Shown: positions 15,987-25,501 of the stretch, in pieces
How the letters are laid out: each line of letters begins with the position of its first letter
Position numbering within the stretch: position 1 is the first letter of the stretch
From: Bacteroidota bacterium
Lineage (GTDB): Bacteria > Bacteroidota > Bacteroidia > UBA7662 > CANHCV01
DNA length: 27,721 nt
NCBI GenBank assembly: GCA_027488715.1
Contig: JAIYBD010000229.1
Span: forward strand, 1-27,721
Direction: 5' to 3'
Made by a program: the position numbers and the translations under genes
Notes under the pieces: generated by a model
Database searches by the model: none
What the model was told of the DNA's origin: nothing
Seen by the model: the letters and a program-made list of their open reading frames with translations, nothing else

Positions 15987-17330
15987 ATGAAAGATAAAAT
16001 CAGTTTGGTTGGTGGTGGATTGGTGGGATCCATGTTGTCTATTTTGTTGGCAAAAAAAGGATATCCTGTTGAGGTTTTTGAAGCTCGTCCCGATATGCGC
16101 AAAAGCAACTCTTACGCAGGTCGATCCATCAATTTGGCCATGAGTCACCGTGGTTGGAAAGCCATTGAAATGGCTGGAATTAAAGAAAAAATTGATGAGG
16201 TTGCCATTCCCATGTACGGTCGAATGATTCACGATATGGAAGGCAACCAAACGTTTCAACCCTACTCCATTCACAACGATGCCATTTATTCCGTTTCTCG
16301 ATCTGGATTAAATCAAGCATTGATGCAAATTGCGGAAGATTTAGGGGTGGATTTCCATTTCGAAAATAAATGCATCGGAGCCGATTTAGATTCCAATGAA
16401 CTAACATTTCAACTTTCGGATGGCTCTCAGAAAAAGGTTAAAACCAACATCTCGATTGGAACCGATGGTGCGGCCTCCGAACTTCGATATGCCATGCAAC
16501 GTAAAGGCCGCTTTAACTTCCGTCAAGATTTTATTGAACACGGCTACAAAGAAATTTCCATTCCCGCAAATGCCGATGGCTCGTTCAAATTGGAGAAAAA
16601 CGCCCTTCACATTTGGCCTCGCAAAGATTTCATGTTAATCGCTTTGGCAAATCCTGAAGGAAACTTTACCTGTACCCTGTTTTTCGATATGGAAGGCCCG
16701 TTGTCCTTCGAATCGGTTAATACTCGTGAAAAAGCTAAGGATTTCTTTGAAAAATATTTCCCAAACATTCCCGAATTAGCTCCCGATTACCTTGATCAAT
16801 ACGAGAATAATCCGGTTGGTATTTTAGGTATTGTTCGTTGCGCTCCTTGGAATTACAAGAAAACACTTCTATTAGGCGATGCTTCCCATGCCATCGTTCC
16901 TTTTTATGGTCAAGGAATGAATAGTGGTTTTGAAGATTGTACAGCGTTACTGGAAATGATGGAAGAAATTGGCGAGGATTGGAACACCTTGATTCCTGAA
17001 ATTGCCAAAAAACGGAAACCAAATGCTGACGCCATTGCTGATTTGGCGCTCTACAATTTCATTGAAATGAGGGATAAAACAGCAGATCCAAGATTTATTC
17101 TTCAAAAGAAAATGGAAGGTGAAATCCAAAAAAGACATCCTGAAAAATGGATTCCGCTTTATTCCATGGTTTCGTTCTCCCACATTCCTTATGCCGAAGC
17201 ATGGAGAATTGGACAAGCCCATAATGAATTCATGCAAGAATTCCTCGATCTTCCGAATATTGAAAATCGGTGGAACGACGCAGACGTAGTAGAACTCATC
17301 GACCAAAAATTGGCAAATACCATCTTTTAA
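15987..17330 (+). CDS. kmo: Kynurenine 3-monooxygenase (FAD-dependent)
   Basis: VGGGLVG, GRSINLAMSHRG, IGTDGAAS, ALHIWPR, GDASHAIVPFYGQGMNSGFED and PLYSMVSFS. Confidence 0.93.
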   Translation: MKDKISLVGGGLVGSMLSILLAKKGYPVEVFEARPDMRKSNSYAGRSINLAMSHRGWKAIEMAGIKEKIDEVAIPMYGRMIHDMEGNQTFQPYSIHNDAIYSVSRSGLNQALMQIAEDLGVDFHFENKCIGADLDSNELTFQLSDGSQKKVKTNISIGTDGAASELRYAMQRKGRFNFRQDFIEHGYKEISIPANADGSFKLEKNALHIWPRKDFMLIALANPEGNFTCTLFFDMEGPLSFESVNTREKAKDFFEKYFPNIPELAPDYLDQYENNPVGILGIVRCAPWNYKKTLLLGDASHAIVPFYGQGMNSGFEDCTALLEMMEEIGEDWNTLIPEIAKKRKPNADAIADLALYNFIEMRDKTADPRFILQKKMEGEIQKRHPEKWIPLYSMVSFSHIPYAEAWRIGQAHNEFMQEFLDLPNIENRWNDADVVELIDQKLANTIF

Positions 17331-17356
17331 TTTGTCAAAAAGACTTATTATGCCGA

Positions 17357-17383
17357 AAAAAGCCGACATTTTGTCGGCTTTTT
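17357..17383. terminator. Perfect inverted repeat, probable intrinsic terminator of kmo
   Basis: AAAAAGCCGACA-TTT-TGTCGGCTTTTT: 12-bp arms, 3-nt loop, ending in a T tract, starting 26 nt after the kmo stop. Confidence 0.75.
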
Positions 17384-17402
17384 CTTTGCGGTTACAGATT
17401 TG
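17370..17402 (+). promoter_or_regulatory. Candidate clpB promoter: TTTG-N21-CAGATTTG
   Basis: -33-like TTTG at 17370-17373 and a one-mismatch -7 element at 17395-17402. An A-rich leader follows up to ATG 17428. Confidence 0.4.
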
Positions 17403-17427
17403 AATGAAAAAGTAAAAACGAGAAAAT

Positions 17428-20019
17428 ATGAATATGCAAAATTTCACCGAAAAGTCACAAATGGCTGTTCAGCAATCCATTGGAATTGCAGAAAATCTAG
17501 GACATCAGTCCTTGGAAAATGGCCACTTGTTAAAGGGAATCATGGAGGTGGATGAAACCGTACTTCCTTATTTCCTACAAAAAATTCAAGCCACCAAAGA
17601 ACGGCTCATTTTGCCCTTAGATGCTCAATTAAAACGATATCCCAAGGTTGAAGGTGGCCAAGTTTTTGTGGGCAATTCGCTTTCCAAAACTTTTAAAAAT
17701 GCTGAAGCCCACATGAAAAAAATGGGTGACCAGTTTGTTTCCTTGGAGCATTTGATTTTGGCTCTTTCTGAAAATACCGACGAGATCGGTCAATTAATGA
17801 AAGACATGGGATTGAAATTCCAACAGCTTCAATCGTGGATTTCAGAATTGCGGAAAGGAGCAAAAGTTACCGATGCCCATGCTGAAAACACCTACAATGC
17901 TTTAGGAAAATATGCCATTAACTTGAATGATATGGCAACGAAAGGGAAACTTGATCCCGTGATTGGTCGTGACGAAGAAATTCGACGGGTGATTCAAATT
18001 CTAGCCAGAAGAACGAAGAATAACCCGGTTCTGATTGGTGAACCTGGTGTGGGGAAAACTGCCATTGCCGAAGGGATTGCCTTTCGAATGATTCAAGGAG
18101 ATGTTCCTGAAACGTTAAAAACGAAAACCGTTTATTCTCTGGATTTGGGAGCTTTGGTTGCTGGTGCGAAATACAAAGGTGAATTTGAAGAGCGATTAAA
18201 GGCCGTGGTGAACGAGGTAAAATCATCCGAAGGTGAAATCATTTTATTCATCGATGAAATTCATCAATTGGTTGGCGCCGGAAAAGGAGAAGGAGCCATG
18301 GATGCCGCTAATATTTTAAAGCCAGCTTTAGCTCGTGGCGAACTTCGTTCCATTGGGGCAACCACTTTGGCCGAGTACCAAAAATACATGGAAAGCGACA
18401 AAGCCTTGGAAAGACGCTTTCAAAAGGTGATGGTGGACGAACCGGATACACAGGATGCCATTGCAATTCTTCGTGGACTGAAAGAACGCTATGAAACCCA
18501 CCATAAAGTTCGCATCAAGGATGAAGCGATCGTTGCCGCCGTTGAACTGAGTCAGCGATACATCAACGATCGATTTTTGCCTGACAAAGCGATCGATTTA
18601 ATGGATGAAGCCGCTTCCCGTTTGAGGATTGAAATTGACTCTGTTCCCGAAGTTGTGGATGAATTGGAGCGAAAAGTGATGCAATTCGAAATTGAACGTG
18701 AAGCCATGAAAAGGGAAAACGATTTGGATCGCATCAAAGTTTTGGACAAAGAAATTGCTGATTTAAAGGAACAATCCAATGCTTTGAAAGCAAAGTGGAA
18801 GGCTGAAAAAGAATCGGTAGAAAAAATTCAATCGATCAAAGAAGAAATTGAACAATATAAATTAGAAGCCGATCAAGCAGAGCGAAGGGCGGAATACGGA
18901 AAAGTTGCGGAACTGCGATATGGTAAAATAAAAGAGGCCGAAGAAGCGCTTGCATTGGCCCAAACTCAACTTTCTTCGGCCCAAGATAGCGGAAGTCGAA
19001 TGTTAAATGAAGAAGTAGGTGCCGAGGAAATTGCAGAAGTTGTTGCTCGCTGGACGGGCATTCCCGTGAACCGCATGTTGGAAAGCGAGCGCAATAAATT
19101 GCTTCACTTAGAAGATGAATTGAAAAAGAAAGTTGTTGGTCAATTTGAAGCCATTGAAGTGGTTGCCGATGCCGTTCGCCGAAATCGTGCTGGATTGCAA
19201 GACCCCAAACGTCCCATCGGCTCATTTTTGTTTCTTGGAAGTACCGGAGTTGGAAAAACCGAATTAGCTAAGGCTTTAGCATCTTTTCTTTTCAACGATG
19301 AAAATGCCATGGTTAGAATTGATATGAGTGAATACCAAGAAAAACACAGCGTTTCTCGATTGGTGGGAGCTCCTCCCGGATACGTGGGTTACGATGAAGG
19401 CGGACAATTAACCGAAGCGGTTCGACGGAAGCCCTACTCCGTTATTCTTTTGGATGAAATTGAAAAAGCTCATCCGGATGTTTTTAATATTCTTCTTCAA
19501 GTCTTGGACGACGGTCGATTAACCGATAACAAAGGAAGGGTGGCTAATTTTAAAAATACCATCGTCATCATGACCTCCAATTTGGGATCGCAAAAGATTC
19601 AAGAGAAGTTATTTGGCAAAGAGGGCCATGCTTTAGATGAATCCAAGGACGAATTGAAAGATGAAATGTTGGAAATTTTAAAGGGGCATCTTCGTCCGGA
19701 ATTCATTAACCGAATTGACGAAGTGGTGGTATTTTCTCCATTAGGAAAATCAGAAATTCTTGGAATCGTTCGTATTCAAATGAATCAACTGGTGGACCAA
19801 CTGGAAGCCATGGGGATTACGCTTGGATTTACCGAAGATGCTCTGCTAAAAATTGGAAGTTTAGGTTTTGACATTCAATATGGAGCCCGACCACTTAAAA
19901 GGGCCATCCAACGAAATGTATTAAATCCATTGAGCAAGGCCATATTGGCTGGAACAGTTACTTCTGAAAATCCGATTTTATTGACCACTTCCAAAGAGGG
20001 TGAATTGATTTTTGAGTAA
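17428..20019 (+). CDS. clpB: ATP-dependent chaperone ClpB
   Basis: Clp N-domain, [15 protein letters not shown], Walker A motifs GEPGVGKT and GSTGVGKT, coiled-coil middle domain with [19 protein letters not shown] and YGARPLKR. Confidence 0.97.
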   Translation: MNMQNFTEKSQMAVQQSIGIAENLGHQSLENGHLLKGIMEVDETVLPYFLQKIQATKERLILPLDAQLKRYPKVEGGQVFVGNSLSKTFKNAEAHMKKMGDQFVSLEHLILALSENTDEIGQLMKDMGLKFQQLQSWISELRKGAKVTDAHAENTYNALGKYAINLNDMATKGKLDPVIGRDEEIRRVIQILARRTKNNPVLIGEPGVGKTAIAEGIAFRMIQGDVPETLKTKTVYSLDLGALVAGAKYKGEFEERLKAVVNEVKSSEGEIILFIDEIHQLVGAGKGEGAMDAANILKPALARGELRSIGATTLAEYQKYMESDKALERRFQKVMVDEPDTQDAIAILRGLKERYETHHKVRIKDEAIVAAVELSQRYINDRFLPDKAIDLMDEAASRLRIEIDSVPEVVDELERKVMQFEIEREAMKRENDLDRIKVLDKEIADLKEQSNALKAKWKAEKESVEKIQSIKEEIEQYKLEADQAERRAEYGKVAELRYGKIKEAEEALALAQTQLSSAQDSGSRMLNEEVGAEEIAEVVARWTGIPVNRMLESERNKLLHLEDELKKKVVGQFEAIEVVADAVRRNRAGLQDPKRPIGSFLFLGSTGVGKTELAKALASFLFNDENAMVRIDMSEYQEKHSVSRLVGAPPGYVGYDEGGQLTEAVRRKPYSVILLDEIEKAHPDVFNILLQVLDDGRLTDNKGRVANFKNTIVIMTSNLGSQKIQEKLFGKEGHALDESKDELKDEMLEILKGHLRPEFINRIDEVVVFSPLGKSEILGIVRIQMNQLVDQLEAMGITLGFTEDALLKIGSLGFDIQYGARPLKRAIQRNVLNPLSKAILAGTVTSENPILLTTSKEGELIFE

Positions 20020-20050
20020 TAACATCGCTAAATTTTACGTTCTTGATCTT

Positions 20051-20578
20051 ATGAAACACGTATTTCTCTTCCTTTCTATTCTTCTATCCATTTCGATAAA
20101 TGAAGTATTCGCACAATCTCAAAAAGAAAAGAATATGGAATTGTTTCGCATGATGAATGATTATCGAAAATTGCATGGACTTTCGGCCATCAACTTGAAT
20201 GAAAAACTTCAAGCGGTGGCCGAGGCCCACGCTTTGGATCTTGAAAAATATTACGATCCCACTCAAAAAAAATGCAATCTTCATTCTTGGTCAACTCATG
20301 GTAATTGGAGTTCTTGTTGTTATACCGATGATCATTCCAAGAAAGAATGCATGTGGAATAAACCCAAAGAAATTGCGAATTACAAGGGGAATGGTTTTGA
20401 AATAGCCTATTATTCTTCCGAACAGTTAACGCCTGAAAGGGCCTTAAACGGCTGGAAAAAAAGTCCGGGACACAACCAAGTTATTCTTCAAACAGGAAGT
20501 TGGAAATCCATTGATTTTAAGTCCGTTGGTGTGTTTATTAGCGAGCATTATGCTGTAATTTGGTTTGGGGTGGAATGA
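20051..20578 (+). CDS. Secreted CAP (SCP/PR-1) domain protein
   Basis: Signal peptide MKHVFLFLSILLSISINEVFAQ, then MNDYRKLHGL, AEAHALD, GFEIA and WKKSPGHN. Start moved from 20012 to ATG 20051; 175 aa. Confidence 0.85.
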   Translation: MKHVFLFLSILLSISINEVFAQSQKEKNMELFRMMNDYRKLHGLSAINLNEKLQAVAEAHALDLEKYYDPTQKKCNLHSWSTHGNWSSCCYTDDHSKKECMWNKPKEIANYKGNGFEIAYYSSEQLTPERALNGWKKSPGHNQVILQTGSWKSIDFKSVGVFISEHYAVIWFGVE

Positions 20579-20585
20579 AAGCTAA

Positions 20586-21494
20586 TTAAGCCTCTTTCAT
20601 TTGGTGTTTTCTTGAATTCCCGTAAATGGCAACATTCAATTCAAAGCCAACTAAAATTACAAAACTGTTGATGTACAGCCACAACATGATGATGAGGAGG
20701 GTTCCTAGCGAACCATACAATTTATTATAAGTGCTGAAATGACTAACGTAATAACTAAATCCGGAACTGGTGATCCAAAACAAAAGGGTTGCTATCCAAG
20801 AGCCAGGACTGAAAAGATTCCATTTCGTGATGGTGCTTGGACCGAATCGATAAATAATTCCAAGAAGTAGCAAAATAATCCCTAAAACAATTCCTTTTTC
20901 CAAGAGCCAAAAGGCATACTTAACCATTTCAAAGGTTTTGGGAAATTTGTATTGGATCCATTCGGTAGCAATTCCTTCCAAAACCAAGGAAGAAAGACCT
21001 AGGATTACGGTTAATGAGAGAAGTAATAACAGGCCAGCGGCAATGAGACGCTTTCGAATCATTCCACGATTTTCAAATTGCCGATCCAATTTGTTGAAGG
21101 AATTCATCATGGCAAAAATGCCATTTGTGCTAAAAAAGAAGGCCAATAAAAGCCCAAAACCCGCTAATGCGCCTTGTTGATTTTGTAAAATATCTTCAAT
21201 CGTATCTTTTACGGTAAGGAAAGCCGATTCCGGCAAAGCAAAACGCAACAACTCCATAAATCGAATTTCAAATCCAGAATACGGAACAAATGCCAACATC
21301 GTAAAAAAGAAGATGGTTGCCGGAAACAAGGCCATGAAAAAGTTAAAAGCAATGGCACTGGCTTTCATACTCATTTCATTGGAGTTGATTTGCTTCCATA
21401 GAATTTTTGCAACCAATCCCAAAGGAACATGTTTGAAAAATGGAATCTGAATGCCTCCCAACCAAGAGAAGAATGTTTTGATGGCGTTAATCAT
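20586..21494 (-). CDS. YihY / virulence factor BrkB family membrane protein
   Basis: ASAIAFNFFMALFP, STNGI, YRFGP, PGSWIAT and YNKLYGSLGTLLIIMLWLY. Confidence 0.9.
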   Translation of the reverse strand: MINAIKTFFSWLGGIQIPFFKHVPLGLVAKILWKQINSNEMSMKASAIAFNFFMALFPATIFFFTMLAFVPYSGFEIRFMELLRFALPESAFLTVKDTIEDILQNQQGALAGFGLLLAFFFSTNGIFAMMNSFNKLDRQFENRGMIRKRLIAAGLLLLLSLTVILGLSSLVLEGIATEWIQYKFPKTFEMVKYAFWLLEKGIVLGIILLLLGIIYRFGPSTITKWNLFSPGSWIATLLFWITSSGFSYYVSHFSTYNKLYGSLGTLLIIMLWLYINSFVILVGFELNVAIYGNSRKHQMKEA

Positions 21495-21496
21495 CC

Positions 21497-21901
21497 TTAT
21501 TCAAAGTATGGATTTAATGCTTCCAAAAGAAAATCAGGAGCGACCATCGATTTTTTGGTTTCCTTGCTCACACATACCAAAATTACTTTAGCCGTTGAAA
21601 CCAAAACATCATCCTTAAATAATTGATAGTCAAAACAAAAAGACCTTCGAGGTAAGGTGTTGATGGAGACCTCAATTCGAACCAAATCATCATAAAAAAT
21701 GGGTTGAAGAAACTTGATGTTCATTTCTAAAACCGGTAGAAAAATTCCCATTTTTTCTACCTCCTTGTATTGAATACCCAATGAGCGCAAACAATCTACT
21801 CGAGCCACTTCCAAATATCGCGCATAGGCACCGTGGTACATCACACCCATTTGATCGGTATCGGCGTAGGCAACACGAAAAATAGTATCAAAGCGCACCA
21901 T
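21497..21901 (-). CDS. YbgC/FadM-family hotdog-fold acyl-CoA thioesterase
   Basis: RVAYADTDQMGVMYHGAY...EVAR; 134 aa. Confidence 0.88.
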   Translation of the reverse strand: MVRFDTIFRVAYADTDQMGVMYHGAYARYLEVARVDCLRSLGIQYKEVEKMGIFLPVLEMNIKFLQPIFYDDLVRIEVSINTLPRRSFCFDYQLFKDDVLVSTAKVILVCVSKETKKSMVAPDFLLEALNPYFE

Positions 21902-22935
21902 TAACGGTAAATTTTACGGCTAGAAAGCGCTTTGCGATATTTCTGTGCATTTTGATTGTGCTGTGATTCATTCTCGGCAAAATTATGGTATCCAGAAAAA
22001 TCTTCTTTGGCGCACATGTAGATAAAGTTGTGTTTATTTAGATTTAGTACAGCTTCTAAATCCTCTATACTGGGAGTATTGATTGGACCTGGAGGTAATC
22101 CTTTGTATCGATAGGTATTGTAGGGTGAATTAACCTGAAGATCTTTTTCCCAAATTCTACGCAATTCAAAATTTCCTAGCGCAAATTTTACCGTTGGGTC
22201 GGCCTGCAACAACATTCCCTTATTCACTCGATTCCAATAAAGTCCAGCTACTTTTGGCTTCTCATCCGTTTTTATTGTTTCCTCATTCACAATGGAAGCC
22301 AATACGCTTACTTGTTCGATCGTTAATCCCAAATCTTTCGCCTTCTCTTTTCGTTCTGAAGTCCAAAATCGATCATACTCTTTTTTCATTCGTTTGATAA
22401 ATCCCTCCGATGTGGTAGTCCAATACAACTCGTAGGTATTGGGTATGAAATAGGTTAAAAGATATGTAGAATTCATGCCAAATTTAGACCAAACGGTAGA
22501 ATCCAACAGCCAATTCCGAAGTTCGTTGGAGTCGACCAGTGTTATTTTACCAATGGCCCCAGCCATATCAGAAAGGTTGCGGTATTTTACAAATGAAAAT
22601 TTTACCGCATCCTGTTCTCCCGATTTAAGTTTACGCATGATTTTGGCCAAGCTATACTTACCCCGAAAAACATATCGCCCTGGTTTTACATGATCGGTGT
22701 AATTCATTTGTTCTGCCAACAACGTAAGATGCCACTCCTCCAATTCGGGAAAAATTTTGAGCAAACCTAATTTTACCTTTCCAAAATTTTCTTCGGGAAA
22801 AATGTATAGTACGTTGTTCTTTCCTTCCGTTGAAGCGGGTTGATGTTGATGGAGAAAAACAAAATAGCCCAAATACCCGCCCACAGATAAACCTAGAGCT
22901 AAAATGACTATCAACAATCGGAAAATTCGCTTCAT
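21901..22935 (-). CDS. mltG: Endolytic transglycosylase MltG (YceG family)
   Basis: One N-terminal TM helix, LASIVNEET (catalytic Glu), LQADPTV, SPYNTY and GLPPGPI. Confidence 0.94.
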   Translation of the reverse strand: MKRIFRLLIVILALGLSVGGYLGYFVFLHQHQPASTEGKNNVLYIFPEENFGKVKLGLLKIFPELEEWHLTLLAEQMNYTDHVKPGRYVFRGKYSLAKIMRKLKSGEQDAVKFSFVKYRNLSDMAGAIGKITLVDSNELRNWLLDSTVWSKFGMNSTYLLTYFIPNTYELYWTTTSEGFIKRMKKEYDRFWTSERKEKAKDLGLTIEQVSVLASIVNEETIKTDEKPKVAGLYWNRVNKGMLLQADPTVKFALGNFELRRIWEKDLQVNSPYNTYRYKGLPPGPINTPSIEDLEAVLNLNKHNFIYMCAKEDFSGYHNFAENESQHNQNAQKYRKALSSRKIYR

Positions 22936-24056
22936 TTTTTTCGAGTTAAAGAATCCAACAAGCGTACTACTTCATTGAAATCAATGGTTTTACCATGAAC
23001 AATAGAGTTTGAATCAATAACCACGTACGTGGGTAAAGATCGAACCCCATAAGTTTTGACTGCGGAAGAATTCCATCGTTGCAGATCGGAAACCTGGGTC
23101 CAAGTCATTTTTTTAGTGGCGATTTCCCGCGTCCAATTTTCCTTTGAATCATCCAAACTTATGCCAATAAAATCAACACCCTTTGATCTAAATTTTTCTT
23201 CTGCCTTTTTTACTCTCGGAAAATCTTTATTACAAGGTTCACACCATGATGCCCAAAAATCGATGACTTTGAAACCACCCGTAACCATTTCAATGGAAAC
23301 CAAAGAATCTTGAGGATTTTTCAGGCTTAAAGCGGGTAATTTACCGCCAATCGTCACTTTTTCATCATTCCTCAATCCTTCAACTTCCCTTTTCAAAGGT
23401 TGAATAAATTGATTCAACATGGCGATGTACCGGTGTTTCGGATGTTGTTTCGAAAAACTAGCAATAAATTTTTCAAAAGTTCCCAAATCTTCTTTTTCAG
23501 CTAAGGAAAAATCAAAAAGTTGGGTAAATGCATAGAATCCAACCAAATCATGGGGATGAGTTACCAAAAAACTAGAAAGGTAATCTTTCATGTTTTTTCT
23601 TTCCCGATCGGCTAAATCTACTGTGGTTGAATCCGTTCTTTTGGCATAAATCAAACTTTTTCCATACCAATAACCGGTGCTATCCGAAATTCGTTGAATT
23701 GATTTTGAATTTACACCACTTAAAAATTCCGTTTGGAACGGAAAAGTAGCATAATTTAATTTTAATTGAATTGGTTCTTCATCTGGAACAATGGTTAGAC
23801 CTAAATCTTTACCTGAAATGGTAATTCGGTAAAAATCGTAGGAAGTAAAAGCCCCTTGATTCAATACGAATTTGCTCGACGAGTCAATATTGGCTGAGTC
23901 GATGATAATAAATTGATTGCCTTCGGAAAGTTCGAGAAGGTAAACAGTTTTCCCTTTTCCACCGACAACGCTTCCTTCAATGCGATAGCGATTTTCGTTG
24001 AAAGAGGAACAGCTAACTAAACTCCAGATGAACCCCAAGACAATGATATACCTCAT
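22932..24056 (-). CDS. TlpA-family thioredoxin-like lipoprotein with an N-terminal DUF4369-like domain
   Basis: Lipobox LVSC at residues 13-16, IDFWASWCEPC (CxxC), GISLDD, WTQVSDL and YGVRSLP. Confidence 0.88.
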   Translation of the reverse strand: MRYIIVLGFIWSLVSCSSFNENRYRIEGSVVGGKGKTVYLLELSEGNQFIIIDSANIDSSSKFVLNQGAFTSYDFYRITISGKDLGLTIVPDEEPIQLKLNYATFPFQTEFLSGVNSKSIQRISDSTGYWYGKSLIYAKRTDSTTVDLADRERKNMKDYLSSFLVTHPHDLVGFYAFTQLFDFSLAEKEDLGTFEKFIASFSKQHPKHRYIAMLNQFIQPLKREVEGLRNDEKVTIGGKLPALSLKNPQDSLVSIEMVTGGFKVIDFWASWCEPCNKDFPRVKKAEEKFRSKGVDFIGISLDDSKENWTREIATKKMTWTQVSDLQRWNSSAVKTYGVRSLPTYVVIDSNSIVHGKTIDFNEVVRLLDSLTRKK

Positions 24057-25498
24057 CCCAATAACTTCTGCAATATGGCCGAGGCTTTTTTAGGGTCGGC
24101 TTTACCTTTGGATTTTTTCATCAAATCTCCCATGAACAAACCGAGTACTCCTTTTTTACCCGATTGATATTCAGCAACTTTATCGGGCCAAGCTTCAAGT
24201 ACTTCTTTAGCGATGGATTCAAGGAAATCATCGTTTGATTCTTGTATGATGTCTTTTTCAATGGCGATGGATTCGGGTGATTTCTCAGAGTCTTTCAATA
24301 ATTCTGGAAATACCTGCATGCTTGCTGCCGTAAATGAAATTTTTCCTGAATCTACCAAGGCAATGAGTTCAGCCAACTTTTTAGGAGATAGGTTTAATCC
24401 GTTCCAATCCAAGGCCTCTTCGTTTAAATATCCTTTTACTGGTCCTAAAATCCAGTTTGCAGCCGCTTTAGCGGCAACATTTTGGGCGATAACCTCCGAA
24501 AAATATCGGGCAGTCTCTTTGCTATCGGTTAAGTTTCGAGCATCGTAATCGCTCAATCCTAATTCTTTGGTGAATTTAGCAAACAGTTCCCGAGGTAGAG
24601 CAGGCATGTTTGCTTTGATTTTTTCAATTGCATCTGCCTTTACGCGAAATGGCGGCAAATCAGGTTCTGGAAAATAACGATAATCGTTAGCCGCCTCTTT
24701 AGAACGCAAAGAAAACGTGGTTCCCGCAGTGGCGTCAAATGAACGTGTTTCAGATGTAAATGATTCTCCAGCCTCAAGTAAATCGATTTGACGCTTGATT
24801 TCAAACTCAATAGCACGTTGAACATTGCGAATGGAATTCATGTTTTTCACCTCCACCTTTGTTCCAAATTCCAAAGCACCTTTCTTCATGACAGAAATGT
24901 TTGCATCACAACGCAACGAACCTTCCTCCATGTTTCCGTCGCAGATATCAAGGTAACGAACCAATTTTCTAACTTCAGTCAAATAAGCGTATGCGTCCTC
25001 CGCAGAACGAAGATCTGGTTCAGATACCATCTCTAAAAGGGGAACACCACAACGATTGAAATCGACCAAAGAATCCATGGGGTCTTTATCGTGCATGCTT
25101 TTGCCTGCATCTTCTTCCAAGTGAATTCGGGTAATTCCAATCACTTTATCGCCCTCTTTGGTTTCTATGATAATCGAACCTTGCGTACAGATGGGAGTTT
25201 TGTCTTGTGTAATTTGGTAACCTTTGGGCAAATCGGCATAAAAGTAGTTTTTTCGAGCGAATCCATTGTACTCATTGATGGTACAATTCGTTGCAATCCC
25301 CAATTTTATTCCAAACTCCATGGCTTGTTTGTTGAAATAGGGTAATGTTCCTGGATGCCCTAAAGTAATAGGTGAAACCAACGTATTGGGATCAGCACCG
25401 TACTCGGCAGCTTCAAAACTGTAAGCCTTCGACTTGGTAAGCAATTGAATGTGGACTTCCAATCCAATGACTGCTTGATATTGATCGTATTTGCTCAT
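24053..25498 (-). CDS. gatB: Asp-tRNA(Asn)/Glu-tRNA(Gln) amidotransferase subunit B
   Basis: IGLEVHIQL, RKNYFYADLPKGYQITQ, IHLEEDAGKS, LRCDANIS, RSKEAANDYRYFPEPDL and a YqeY-like tail. Confidence 0.97.
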   Translation of the reverse strand: MSKYDQYQAVIGLEVHIQLLTKSKAYSFEAAEYGADPNTLVSPITLGHPGTLPYFNKQAMEFGIKLGIATNCTINEYNGFARKNYFYADLPKGYQITQDKTPICTQGSIIIETKEGDKVIGITRIHLEEDAGKSMHDKDPMDSLVDFNRCGVPLLEMVSEPDLRSAEDAYAYLTEVRKLVRYLDICDGNMEEGSLRCDANISVMKKGALEFGTKVEVKNMNSIRNVQRAIEFEIKRQIDLLEAGESFTSETRSFDATAGTTFSLRSKEAANDYRYFPEPDLPPFRVKADAIEKIKANMPALPRELFAKFTKELGLSDYDARNLTDSKETARYFSEVIAQNVAAKAAANWILGPVKGYLNEEALDWNGLNLSPKKLAELIALVDSGKISFTAASMQVFPELLKDSEKSPESIAIEKDIIQESNDDFLESIAKEVLEAWPDKVAEYQSGKKGVLGLFMGDLMKKSKGKADPKKASAILQKLLG

Positions 25499-25501
25499 AA
25501 A

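Noticed and set aside
16947-17447. 166-aa minus-strand ORF
   Set aside because: Antisense to the kmo 3' end and the clpB start, runs through the terminator, and has no recognisable motif.
1907-20051. Longer ORF-track starts at 1907, 6493, 7686, 10890, 15011, 15042 and 20012
   Set aside because: The downstream ATGs (1982, 6511, 7713, 10812, 15074, 15012, 20051) give coupled overlaps, intact signal peptides or family-typical N-termini, and avoid running through promoters or neighbouring genes.
20575-20600. Imperfect inverted repeat ATGAAAG...CTTTCAT between CAP and yihY
   Set aside because: AU-rich and bulged, with no clear U tract; too weak to call a terminator.
24053-25498. gatB without adjacent gatA or gatC
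   Set aside because: Dispersed gat genes are not unusual and the partners may lie elsewhere; one window cannot show absence.
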